From assembly GCA_051531975.1 (NCBI GenBank), contig JAOPTT010000003.1, positions 128,001-192,000 of the forward strand: a stretch of 64,000 nucleotides of DNA, in the 5' to 3' direction. Positions within the stretch are counted from its first letter, which is position 1. The number at the start of each line of letters is the position of its first letter. Below are positions 39,858-49,057 of the stretch, one piece after another. The translations under genes were made by a program, and so were the position numbers. Below the pieces are notes generated by a model, which was not told the DNA's origin, ran no database searches, and was given only the letters and a program-made list of their open reading frames with translations. Source of the DNA: Spirochaetaceae bacterium. Its GTDB lineage: Bacteria; Spirochaetota; Spirochaetia; DSM-2461.

Positions 39858-40748
39858 ATGAAAAAAAATATTTACGTAATGGTAGTGCTAAGTATCCTTT
39901 TATTTAGTTGTGCAACTTTGGATCAAAACTATATCAATGATGATAACAATAAAGTTGAAGTAGACAATTTAGATCTACAAATGGGATATGACATCTACAA
40001 CTTTAAAGTAGACTTAATAAGAAATACAACCACAGAAGTAAGTACATCCACAGATGCCCAGGGGAATACCAGTACATCAACATCTCAAGTTGACGTTCCA
40101 TATCATTATCTTGGTGTAAGATTTGGTAATGGGATATATTATGATTATAACCGAAATCTTTCTGTTGACCTGATAAAATTCTACAATATTGATGAAAACA
40201 GTTTTAATATTAAAACTAAAAGTAAAGGTTTTTTTACCCCTACAATAGTTTATACAAAAACAGAAGAATCATTTGAACATGAAGTTAAATCTCTATTTTT
40301 TGGTGGTAAATTAAAAGCTAACTACGACAAAAACAAAGTTGTTATAGAAGGTGCATTTTTTAGACCAGAAACAACAATAACTATCTTAGATGATAAAATA
40401 ATGTGTGATCCTAAAGGAGTATTTGGATTTTTAAGTAAAGCAGAAATAACCAGTAACAGTTCAAATACAGTTGAGTTTCCAGGATTTTGGAATGATGCTG
40501 TATTTACTCAGACTGATGAAAATACAATATCTTTAGGTAAATATTTCTTTGTAAGAAAAGTTGGTAAAGAGGTTGAATTTGAGTATAATGGTCTGTTTAA
40601 TTCAACTACAACTTATAACTTTATGAAAACAGAAAATGGATTCATATTTTACAATGAATTTTATTATGGCGTAAAAGTTGAAAAGAATAAAAACAAAATT
40701 TCTATATATTCTAATGATACAAAAATGTCGACCTCAGTTATAGATTAA
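39858..40748 (+). CDS. Hypothetical lipoprotein
   Basis: Lipobox LLFSC; beta-rich sequence; GGAG RBS. Confidence 0.7.
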   Translation: MKKNIYVMVVLSILLFSCATLDQNYINDDNNKVEVDNLDLQMGYDIYNFKVDLIRNTTTEVSTSTDAQGNTSTSTSQVDVPYHYLGVRFGNGIYYDYNRNLSVDLIKFYNIDENSFNIKTKSKGFFTPTIVYTKTEESFEHEVKSLFFGGKLKANYDKNKVVIEGAFFRPETTITILDDKIMCDPKGVFGFLSKAEITSNSSNTVEFPGFWNDAVFTQTDENTISLGKYFFVRKVGKEVEFEYNGLFNSTTTYNFMKTENGFIFYNEFYYGVKVEKNKNKISIYSNDTKMSTSVID

Positions 40749-40775
40749 TAATTCATATAATTAAAAAGGATATAG

Positions 40776-40819
40776 AATCTGCTTAGCTTCTTGACAGTTA
40801 AGCAGATTAACTATAATGT
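40776..40819 (+). promoter_or_regulatory. MarR promoter with inverted repeat around the -35 box
   Basis: AATCTGCTTAGC-TTCTTGACA-GTTAAGCAGATT; TTGACA-17-TAATGT-6-ATG. Confidence 0.65.
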
Positions 40820-40825
40820 TAAATT

Positions 40826-41281
40826 ATGGCAAATAGTAAGATAATTGATATTTACAACCAATACCATAGAATACATAACCAGTTTTCTATTATTAAACGT
40901 AAATCAATTATTAAATACAATGACACGACACTGTTCCCTGCAGAGATGCACTTATTAACTGTTATAAACAATAATCCATCATTCACAATATCTGAGATTG
41001 CTTCCCATTTATATATAACAAATAGTGCCGCATCTCAAATTGTTAAAAAGTTATATGCAAAAGGATTATTGGATAAGAAAAGAAATATTGAAAATGAGAG
41101 AGTTGTAATATTATCACCAACTAAGTCTGGGAAAGAGGCTATTAATTATTTTATGAATAGTCAAGAAAGTGCTCTAGGGGAATTATTAAAAGAGATGACG
41201 GAGTTCACACCAGATCAGGTTGAAACTGTAGGTACATTTTTAAGTAAAATGGAAGAAATATATATAAAGAAGTTAAAATAA
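40826..41281 (+). CDS. MarR-family regulator
   Basis: AEMHLL...TISEIA...TNSAASQIVKKL..KGLL...NERVVILSPTKSG. Confidence 0.9.
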   Translation: MANSKIIDIYNQYHRIHNQFSIIKRKSIIKYNDTTLFPAEMHLLTVINNNPSFTISEIASHLYITNSAASQIVKKLYAKGLLDKKRNIENERVVILSPTKSGKEAINYFMNSQESALGELLKEMTEFTPDQVETVGTFLSKMEEIYIKKLK

Positions 41282-41329
41282 TTTTTTTTGAGCTAATAGT
41301 TAAGTTGCTTAAATATAAAGGAGGTAAAG

Positions 41330-42163
41330 ATGAGAATAAAAATTACCTATTTTACAGGATCAGGTAACACAGAATTGGTTACATCAAAAATTGCGGAGGG
41401 GTTTGCTGCATACCATGAAGTAGAAACAATTGCGGTTAATAAAATAATAAATGATGTTGATATCGGTTTTAATGACAGTGACGTCTTAGGGTTAGGATAC
41501 CCTGTTTATGATTACAAACCACCTAATGTTATCTTTGATTTAATAGATAAACTTAAAATTAATAATAAACCAAAACCAACCTTTTTATTTTCAACATATA
41601 CATCAAAACCCTTAGATTGTAATTCTCATTTAATAGAACTACTTAGAAAAAAAAATTATTATGTTATTACACAGAACAATTTCCAAAGTCCTGGTGCCAG
41701 TGCATTTTTATATGGGAATACAAATTTAAAAGTAGTTAAAGATTGCATGAGATTCGAAAATAATATCGATTCAAAGATTAAAAAGTTTACTTTAGATATT
41801 CTTAATTTACTGGAGAAATTTAAAGATTCAACTTTTCATATAGCTCCAGATTTTAATAGATTTAATAAAATACATCAGAGGTTATCAAAAGTACTTTATG
41901 GGACTCTGTTTTATATGAACCTCAAAGTAAATGATAATTGTAGTTTATGTGGGAAGTGTACTAAAACGTGCATAGATTCTAATTTACAAATTGAAGATGG
42001 AAACTTAAAAATTAAAAGTAAAAACCACTGTTCTAAGTGTTTAAGATGTGTCGTAAATTGCCAAAAAAAAGCAATAAACTTTACTAGTAGTGGCAGAAAA
42101 TCAGATTATAATAAAAGTGAAATAATTAGTTGTTATAAAAAATCGACTAAAGTATTAGTTTAA
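41330..42163 (+). CDS. EFR1-type flavodoxin-ferredoxin fusion
   Basis: YFTGSGNT, GYPVY; CSLCGKCTKTC and CSKCLRCVVNC. Confidence 0.85.
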   Translation: MRIKITYFTGSGNTELVTSKIAEGFAAYHEVETIAVNKIINDVDIGFNDSDVLGLGYPVYDYKPPNVIFDLIDKLKINNKPKPTFLFSTYTSKPLDCNSHLIELLRKKNYYVITQNNFQSPGASAFLYGNTNLKVVKDCMRFENNIDSKIKKFTLDILNLLEKFKDSTFHIAPDFNRFNKIHQRLSKVLYGTLFYMNLKVNDNCSLCGKCTKTCIDSNLQIEDGNLKIKSKNHCSKCLRCVVNCQKKAINFTSSGRKSDYNKSEIISCYKKSTKVLV

Positions 42164-42234
42164 TAATATTAGAGTTCTATCTATACAACGAAACTATTCT
42201 AATATGTTTAGAATATAGCTATACTACTTTTATT

Positions 42235-42840
42235 ATGACTACATTTATATCAGCCTTTCTATTAGGTCTATCTTTAATATTAGCAATTGGTGCTCAAAAT
42301 GCTTTTGTTCTAAAACAAGGACTAAAAAAACAGTATGTTTTTATGGTTAGCTTTATATGTGCAGCTTCTGATGCTGTATTAATTACCCTTGGTGTTTCTG
42401 GTTTTGGAGTTATTATCAATAAGTTTCCATTGGTAATAACCTTCGCTAAATATGGTGGTTTCTTGTTTTTAACTATTTATGCAGGTAGGAGTATATATTC
42501 TGCATTTAAAAAGTCAGAGGTAATGGGGACAGATAACAGTATAAAAACATCTAGGTTAAAGACAGCATTAATTTGTCTTGCACTAACTTGGCTTAACCCC
42601 CATGTATATCTAGACACTGTACTACTATTAGGTTCTATATCGACTCAGTTCCCAGGCCAAAAACTCCAGTTTGTTAGTGGGGCAGTAGCAGCCTCGTTTG
42701 TTTTTTTCTTCTCATTAGGTTATGGATCTAGGTTTTTGACACCTCTATTTAAAAAACCTAATGCATGGAAGATATTAGATTTAATTATTGGTCTGGTTAT
42801 GTTATCTATAGCAGTTAAATTATTAATAATGAAACAATAG
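42235..42840 (+). CDS. LysE/ArgO amino-acid exporter
   Basis: LILAIGAQNAFVLKQGL and TWLNPHVYLDTVLLLGS motifs. Confidence 0.93.
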   Translation: MTTFISAFLLGLSLILAIGAQNAFVLKQGLKKQYVFMVSFICAASDAVLITLGVSGFGVIINKFPLVITFAKYGGFLFLTIYAGRSIYSAFKKSEVMGTDNSIKTSRLKTALICLALTWLNPHVYLDTVLLLGSISTQFPGQKLQFVSGAVAASFVFFFSLGYGSRFLTPLFKKPNAWKILDLIIGLVMLSIAVKLLIMKQ

Positions 42841-42849
42841 GTGAATTAA

Positions 42850-43587
42850 ATGAATGATTGTATAGAACTTATTAAAAAGTCATCAAAGATACTAATATTT
42901 ACAGGTGCTGGAATTAGTACAAATTGTGGAATCCCTGATTTCAGGAGTTCTAATGGTTTATACTCCTTTGCTAAACAGAAGTATGGTGTCCCCTACCCTG
43001 AAGCAGTTTTTGATATAGATTTTTTTGATCAGAGTCCTAAACCATTCTCTTTATTAAGTGCAGATCTTTTAGGGAAAAATATTAAACCATCAGCTAGCCA
43101 TAACTTCATTAAAAAACTGGAAGATTTAGGTAAACTAGAAATTGTAGTTACTCAAAATATAGATATGTTACATGAAAAGTGTGGAAATAAAAGAGTACTT
43201 TCCTGTCATGGTACTTACACAACTGGACATTGCAGAAAATGTATAAAAGAGTACGGTTATGACTTCTTTATTAAATATTTATTACTTGGTGAAGTTTGTT
43301 ATTGTGATTGTGGAGGTGTGGTTAAACCAGATATTACATTCTTTGGTGAATCACTACCAGCAGAATTTTACCAATTTGTAGAGAATCCTCCAGTGGTTGA
43401 TCTGGTAATTGTAATGGGGACAAGTCTAGAAGTTCAACCAGCTAACCAAGTTCCACTAATGTATAAAGGTAAAGTTCCATTAATAATAGTGAACAGAGAC
43501 AATACACAATTTGATAGCTATTTTGACTATAAACTTAATATGGACTGCGATGACTTCTCTAATATGGTTATGAAAGAGATCATCTAG
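42850..43587 (+). CDS. cobB: Sir2-family NAD-dependent protein deacylase
   Basis: TGAGIST..GIPDFRS, TQNID, HG, Zn cysteines CRKC/CDC, KPDITFFGE, GTSLEVQPA. Confidence 0.88.
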   Translation: MNDCIELIKKSSKILIFTGAGISTNCGIPDFRSSNGLYSFAKQKYGVPYPEAVFDIDFFDQSPKPFSLLSADLLGKNIKPSASHNFIKKLEDLGKLEIVVTQNIDMLHEKCGNKRVLSCHGTYTTGHCRKCIKEYGYDFFIKYLLLGEVCYCDCGGVVKPDITFFGESLPAEFYQFVENPPVVDLVIVMGTSLEVQPANQVPLMYKGKVPLIIVNRDNTQFDSYFDYKLNMDCDDFSNMVMKEII

Positions 43588-43676
43588 CAATATAAATATA
43601 GATTATTGATACAAAGTTAAGTAATTGATAAGAAATTATTAATAATTAAAAGAATTATAGATGCTACACTACTTAC

Positions 43677-44444
43677 ATGATAACGATGATATATTTTAGT
43701 CCAACTGGTAATGTTAAATACATTACAAATAAGCTAGCAGAGAAGCTAGGTAAAAATGATACAAAGATATTACCACTAGAGTTCACAGAACCTACTGAAT
43801 TAGAATCTGCTGAAAAACTTATTATATTGTACTCAATTCATGCATTTAATCCGCCTAGGACAGTGAGACGGTTTGTTAAGAATTTACCCTCAAATTTATA
43901 TAACAGTGTAGATATAATTGCTGTGGGTTGTGCTGAATCATGGATTAACGATGCCGCATCAGCTGACATAAAAAAAGTATTAGAATCAAAAGGTTATACT
44001 GTTAATTTAACAGAAACCCTAGCAATGCCTCTAACACTAATCATGAATTTTCCTGAAAATGTAGGGAAAGAGACAGTAAAAAATGCTGAAAACAGATTAG
44101 AAGGTTTGGCAAAGTCTATATTAAACTCGGTCAAAACAGATAAGAAGATCGCCTTAAAGTCCAAACTACTACATGTTGTAGGAAAAGCTGAAGACCCAGC
44201 TGCCAGAATGTTTGGATTAGAACTTTTCGCAAATTCAAAGTGTACATCCTGTGGCATATGTGTAAATAATTGCCCTGAGAAAAATATAGTATTTAACAAG
44301 AAGCAAATTCCAAAGTTTAAATCTAACTGCTTAATGTGTCTAAGATGTATTTACGAATGTCCTGTACAAGCGATTAAACCACGTTTTTCTAGATTCATAC
44401 CGATAAAAAACAGTTACAAATTGTCCAACTTTACAGAAGTATAA
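43677..44444 (+). CDS. EFR1-type flavodoxin-ferredoxin fusion
   Basis: YFSPTGN; CTSCGICVNNCP and CLMCLRCIYECP. Confidence 0.85.
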   Translation: MITMIYFSPTGNVKYITNKLAEKLGKNDTKILPLEFTEPTELESAEKLIILYSIHAFNPPRTVRRFVKNLPSNLYNSVDIIAVGCAESWINDAASADIKKVLESKGYTVNLTETLAMPLTLIMNFPENVGKETVKNAENRLEGLAKSILNSVKTDKKIALKSKLLHVVGKAEDPAARMFGLELFANSKCTSCGICVNNCPEKNIVFNKKQIPKFKSNCLMCLRCIYECPVQAIKPRFSRFIPIKNSYKLSNFTEV

Positions 44445-44446
44445 TA

Positions 44447-44479
44447 TTATATATTCCCCTTAATATAAGGGATATATAA
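44447..44479. terminator. Possible bidirectional terminator between convergent genes
   Basis: TTATATATTCCCCTTA...TAAGGGATATATAA imperfect hairpin. Confidence 0.45.
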
Positions 44480-44494
44480 GGTATAGCTACTGTT

Positions 44495-45466
44495 TTAAAT
44501 TGAGTTCCTAAGAATCAAGCTAGGTTTTATTATCTTCTGAATAACAGATTTTTTCTTTGCATAGTTTGCGGCTTCTTGGCCCATCTGTGCAAAGTTAGTA
44601 GATATCGCTGTAAGACCACCAGAGATAAACTGATTAATAGGATTATCATTATAGGAAATTAAGCCAATATCTCTACCTAAAACCCAGTTATTAGATTTAG
44701 ATACTTTAAGAATGGTTAATAGTTCAAGGTCAGACAGTACAATGTAAGATCTATTTTTAACTACATCAGTTGGTTTTAAATCGTTAATAATAGAATATGT
44801 TAGATTAAAATCAGTAGAGAACTGAATAAATGACTGCTCTGTTTTTTGTGGATGTGGATTTTTATTAGAGTAAACATAGGATATGGAATTGTACTTTTTT
44901 ATCTTCTCTATTGTTGATTCTAAACCGCTATAGAAACCATTAGAGAAATCCTGACAGATATAGGAGTATTTAGGGGAGATATATTCGTCCCGGTCTAATA
45001 ACATTACATATTCATCTTCTAGAATATCTAATAAACCAGGCACATCTGGGTGAAGAAATGGTTTTATTACAAAACTTTGATACTTTCCTCTATTCTCTGA
45101 AATTAGAGACTTAAAAACATCAATATTATTATGGTGAAAATATACATCTAAGTTATACTCATCTTTTAATTCGTCTTTAAAAGAGTTATACAGCACTTCC
45201 ATGTAGGGGTTAAAACTATTTAACATTAAAAAGATTGAGGGTTTATAATCTACTGTCTCCCGAATTAAGAAGAAACCTTTTCCTGGCTTAGACTCTATAA
45301 GCCCCTCGTCTTTTAAAAGTTTATAAGCCTTTACCACAGTCTCTCTAGCAGTGCTAAACTGTTTACAAACTGAGTTAATAGAGGGTAAAGGGTCCCCTAC
45401 TTTTAAGTTCCCCTTAATTACCTCTATTTTTATATGTAAAATAACCTTTTCATATTTTAAAACCAT
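44495..45466 (-). CDS. GntR-HTH regulator with periplasmic-binding-protein-like effector domain (candidate glucuronate operon regulator)
   Basis: GDPLPSIN...ARETVVKAYKLL...PGKGFF; C-terminal DIGLISYND...ISTNFAQMG; 3 nt after uxuA. Confidence 0.85.
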   Translation of the reverse strand: MVLKYEKVILHIKIEVIKGNLKVGDPLPSINSVCKQFSTARETVVKAYKLLKDEGLIESKPGKGFFLIRETVDYKPSIFLMLNSFNPYMEVLYNSFKDELKDEYNLDVYFHHNNIDVFKSLISENRGKYQSFVIKPFLHPDVPGLLDILEDEYVMLLDRDEYISPKYSYICQDFSNGFYSGLESTIEKIKKYNSISYVYSNKNPHPQKTEQSFIQFSTDFNLTYSIINDLKPTDVVKNRSYIVLSDLELLTILKVSKSNNWVLGRDIGLISYNDNPINQFISGGLTAISTNFAQMGQEAANYAKKKSVIQKIIKPSLILRNSI

Positions 45467-45469
45467 AAT

Positions 45470-46678
45470 CTACATTAAACTTTTAACAATACCCATTTCA
45501 AGCCCTCTGATTTCAGAAAGACCTCGAATACGACCAATTGCTGTATAACCTGGGTTTTGGGCATCTGGTTTCGATAGATCGTCTAACATTGTATGACCAT
45601 GATCAGGTCTAAATGTAAATCTCCAATCTTTTCGTCCGTTGTCTATCCTTCTTTTTTGCTCTTCTAAAAGATTTTTAACAACATTATACATATCAACAGA
45701 ACCTTCAAGGTGGTTTGCTTCATAAAAGCTGCCATCAGGGTTTCTATTTGTACTTCTTAGATGTACACAGTTAATCCTAGATCCAAATTCTTTTATCATA
45801 GCTGGAAGATCATTATCTTCTCTAGGACTATAAGACCCAGTACAAAAACAGAGACCATTGGCCTGATCATCTACCATATTTAATAGATCTGCAACATCAG
45901 CTGCGCAGGATACAATTCTTGGTAGACCCATTATTGACCATGGTGGATCATCTGGGTGTACAGCCATTCGAACACCAGCTTTAGCTGCTACAGGAACTAT
46001 AGCTTCTAAAAACAGTTTATAATGTTCTTGTAGTTTTTCCTTATTAATATCTCTATATTTAGCCAACATATCTCTTATGTCCTGAATAGTAAAACCAAAT
46101 TTAGTTCCAGGAAATACATCGATTAAAGAACTTTCAAACTCTACCTTTTCAGCTTCTGATAAAGTAGCAATGAACTCTTTAGCTTTAACTAGTTGTTCTT
46201 TAGTATAATCCTGCTCTGCGCCATCTCTTTTTAATAGATAGATCTCAAATGCTGCAAAGTGAACAGGGTCAAAAAACAGACACTCAGCTCCATCAGGCAA
46301 CCTATATTTTAAGTCTGTTCTAACCCAGTCCAAAACTGGCATAAAGTTATATATTACAGTATCAATTCCAGCAATTCCTAAGTTTACTAAGCTCTGTTTA
46401 TAATTAGCTATATACCCTTTATAATTACCAGTTCTTGTTTTAATATCTTCGTGCAGAGGAACAGATTCTACAGCTGCCCATCTTAAACCAGCTTCTTCTA
46501 TTACTCTTTTTCTTTCCATGATATCTTCTAACGGCCATACATCACCATATGGAATCTCGTGGACAGCATTTATAACAGCTGTAGCCCCAGATTGTTTTAT
46601 ATCTGTAAGACTTACACTGTCATTTGGACCATACCATCTCATGGACTCTTCCATTTTAAATTCTTCAAAATTAGTCAT
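45470..46678 (-). CDS. uxuA: Mannonate dehydratase
   Basis: MRWYGPND, VESVP, YNFMPVLDW, HPDDPP, HLR, RPDHGH and PGY motifs. Confidence 0.96.
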   Translation of the reverse strand: MTNFEEFKMEESMRWYGPNDSVSLTDIKQSGATAVINAVHEIPYGDVWPLEDIMERKRVIEEAGLRWAAVESVPLHEDIKTRTGNYKGYIANYKQSLVNLGIAGIDTVIYNFMPVLDWVRTDLKYRLPDGAECLFFDPVHFAAFEIYLLKRDGAEQDYTKEQLVKAKEFIATLSEAEKVEFESSLIDVFPGTKFGFTIQDIRDMLAKYRDINKEKLQEHYKLFLEAIVPVAAKAGVRMAVHPDDPPWSIMGLPRIVSCAADVADLLNMVDDQANGLCFCTGSYSPREDNDLPAMIKEFGSRINCVHLRSTNRNPDGSFYEANHLEGSVDMYNVVKNLLEEQKRRIDNGRKDWRFTFRPDHGHTMLDDLSKPDAQNPGYTAIGRIRGLSEIRGLEMGIVKSLM

Positions 46679-48080
46679 ATAACTCTCCAAAATACTCTAC
46701 AGCATTATTAAAACTTATGTTTTGTACTATTTTTCCTAACATTTCCATGTCATTTGGAAGTTCTCCGTTTTCTACATCGGTTCCAATCAGGTCACAAAGT
46801 ATCCGTCTAAAATATTCATGCCTAGGAAAGGATAAAAAGCTTCTTGAGTCTGTTAACATACCAACAAACCTACTTAAAAGCCCTAAGTTCGATAGAGAAT
46901 TCATCTGGTCTATCATCCCTTTCTTCTGATCTAAAAACCACCAACCGGAACCCATTTGAATCTTCCCTGGGGATGTACCATCTTGGAAGTTTCCAATCAT
47001 AGTTGCTACCATATCGTTATCGGAAGGGTTTATATTGTATAAAATAGTTTTAGCTAGCTGCCCCTCGGTATCAACCATATTTAAGAATTTTCTAAGTGCA
47101 TCACCGTGGTTATTATCAGCAATAGAATCAAACCCTGTATCAGGTCCTAAGCTATTAAACATTCTACTGTTGTTATTTCTAAAAACACCAAAGTGGTACT
47201 GCTGAACCCAACCTCTTCTGTTATTCATTAAAGCTGTTTTGAATAAAAAGGCTGTCTTAAAAATAGCTATTTCAACATCCGTTAAATCTTTCCCATTTGT
47301 AAGTTTAGTAAAAATATCTTCTACTTGGTCATCTTGGTAATCTTCTGCATAAAATGTCTGTATACCATGGTCAGAAAGTCTACATCCATTATCGTGGAAA
47401 TACTGATGTCTAATATCCACAGCTTGGATTAAACTTTCAAAACTATCAATTTTAATTCCAGAACAACTCTCTAATTTAGCTACATAAGTCAGATATACCC
47501 CAGTATCTTCAACAGCCATACCTTTATCTGGTCTGAATGTAGGTAAAACTTTTGTACCTATATCTGATTGTTTTATCTGCTTGTGATACTTTAAATCATC
47601 AATTGGATCGTCAGTAGTACAAACTAAAACAACATTCATCTTTTTTAATAGAGATTGGCACGAGTATTCAGGTGTTTGCAACAATTCTGTACATTTATCA
47701 TAAATTCTCTCTGCACTTTCTGGATTCAGAAGTTCTGTAATACCAAAATATCTTTGTAACTCTAAATGTGTCCAATGAAACAGAGGGTTCCTAATAGTCT
47801 GAGGAACAGTTTCTGCCCACTTTAAAAACTTCTCTTTAGCCGTGGCATTTCCTGTACAATACTTCTCTGATATACCATTACTACGCATACCTCTCCATTT
47901 GTAATGGTCGCCTTCTAACCAAGCCTCAGTAATATTTTTAAACCGTCTATCCTCTGCAATATCCTTAGGATTAAGATGGCAGTGATAGTCAAAAACAGGC
48001 ATATCTTTTGCGTAATCGTGATATAATTTCTCTGCTGTTTTGGTTGTTAAGATGAAGTTTTCATCCATAAATTTCTTCAC
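46671..48080 (-). CDS. uxaC: Uronate isomerase, second copy
   Basis: DYHCHL, GDHYKWR, TTDDP, SDHG, GSGWWFLDQ and GMLTDSRSFLSFPRHEYFRR motifs; GTG start. Confidence 0.96.
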   Translation of the reverse strand: MKKFMDENFILTTKTAEKLYHDYAKDMPVFDYHCHLNPKDIAEDRRFKNITEAWLEGDHYKWRGMRSNGISEKYCTGNATAKEKFLKWAETVPQTIRNPLFHWTHLELQRYFGITELLNPESAERIYDKCTELLQTPEYSCQSLLKKMNVVLVCTTDDPIDDLKYHKQIKQSDIGTKVLPTFRPDKGMAVEDTGVYLTYVAKLESCSGIKIDSFESLIQAVDIRHQYFHDNGCRLSDHGIQTFYAEDYQDDQVEDIFTKLTNGKDLTDVEIAIFKTAFLFKTALMNNRRGWVQQYHFGVFRNNNSRMFNSLGPDTGFDSIADNNHGDALRKFLNMVDTEGQLAKTILYNINPSDNDMVATMIGNFQDGTSPGKIQMGSGWWFLDQKKGMIDQMNSLSNLGLLSRFVGMLTDSRSFLSFPRHEYFRRILCDLIGTDVENGELPNDMEMLGKIVQNISFNNAVEYFGELYD

Positions 48081-48082
48081 GA

Positions 48083-48940
48083 TTAAACTCCAGAATATGC
48101 TGAAAATCCACCATCAACAGGAATAACAGTTCCATTTACAAAACTAGATGCTTTATGATCAACAAGCCATAAAAGTGTTCCAATAAGTTCTTCAGGTTCA
48201 CCAAATCGGCCCATAGGAGTATTAGTTAATATTTTATCTGCTCTTGGAGTAAAACTACCATCACTGTTAGTTAATAAAGATCTGTTTTGATCAGTTAAGA
48301 AAAACCCTGGAGCAATTGCGTTAACTCTAATTCCACATTTTGCCATATGTACTGCTAACCACTGAGTAAAATTACTTACAGCTGCTTTTGCACCACTGTA
48401 CGCTGGTATTTTTGTTAAAGGAGTAAAAGCATTCATTGATGAGATATTTATAATTACTGCTTCATCCTGTTTAACCATAGCCTTAGAAAAAACTTGGGTT
48501 GGAAGAAGTGTTCCAATAAAGTTTAAATTAAATACAAATTCAACACCTTTAGGATCTAGATCAAAAAATGTAGTAAATCCCTCTTTATCTGAATCAACAT
48601 CCTCAGGGGATAAAAATTCATTTGACGTTGTACCTTTAGGATGATTACCACCAGCACCATTAATTAAAATATCACATGGTCCAAACTTTTCTGAGATTAT
48701 TTTCTCTGCATTAAGTAGAGACTCTTTCTCTAAAACATTTGCAGCAACGCCGATGGCTTTACCACCTTCTGCTGTAATTATATCTGCAGCCTCTTTGGCT
48801 TTTTCTTCTCTTAAATCTAATATTGCTACGTTAGCACCACAAGCTGCAAGACTTCTTGCAAAAGATAGTCCTAGGACTCCACCACCACCTGTTATTACTG
48901 CTGTTTTACCATTTAGGTCAACGTTAAAGGGAACTTTCAT
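48083..48940 (-). CDS. uxuB: SDR-type D-mannonate oxidoreductase (fructuronate reductase)
   Basis: TGGGGVLG, INGAGGNHP and PLTKIPAYSGAK motifs; upstream of uxaC-uxuA. Confidence 0.85.
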   Translation of the reverse strand: MKVPFNVDLNGKTAVITGGGGVLGLSFARSLAACGANVAILDLREEKAKEAADIITAEGGKAIGVAANVLEKESLLNAEKIISEKFGPCDILINGAGGNHPKGTTSNEFLSPEDVDSDKEGFTTFFDLDPKGVEFVFNLNFIGTLLPTQVFSKAMVKQDEAVIINISSMNAFTPLTKIPAYSGAKAAVSNFTQWLAVHMAKCGIRVNAIAPGFFLTDQNRSLLTNSDGSFTPRADKILTNTPMGRFGEPEELIGTLLWLVDHKASSFVNGTVIPVDGGFSAYSGV

Positions 48941-48964
48941 TTAATACCTCTTATCTATAATTTT

Positions 48965-49024
48965 ACAGTACTGTACTATACCGTACTGTTATAGATAATA
49001 TTCTGCTTTTCCCAATAACGCAAG
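48965..49024 (-). promoter_or_regulatory. uxuB promoter followed by a pentamer-repeat operator candidate
   Basis: Minus strand TTGCGT-17-TATTAT; at 48965-48989 the plus strand reads ACAGT-ACTGT-ACTAT-ACCGT-ACTGT. Confidence 0.6.
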
Positions 49025-49057
49025 TCCCTTAATCACAAATAAAGTAATTTATATTAA

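Noticed and set aside
42850..43587. Sir2 protein as an anti-phage NADase (Thoeris/DSR type)
   Set aside because: It is a compact Zn-binding housekeeping sirtuin with no TIR, HerA, Argonaute or other defence neighbours.
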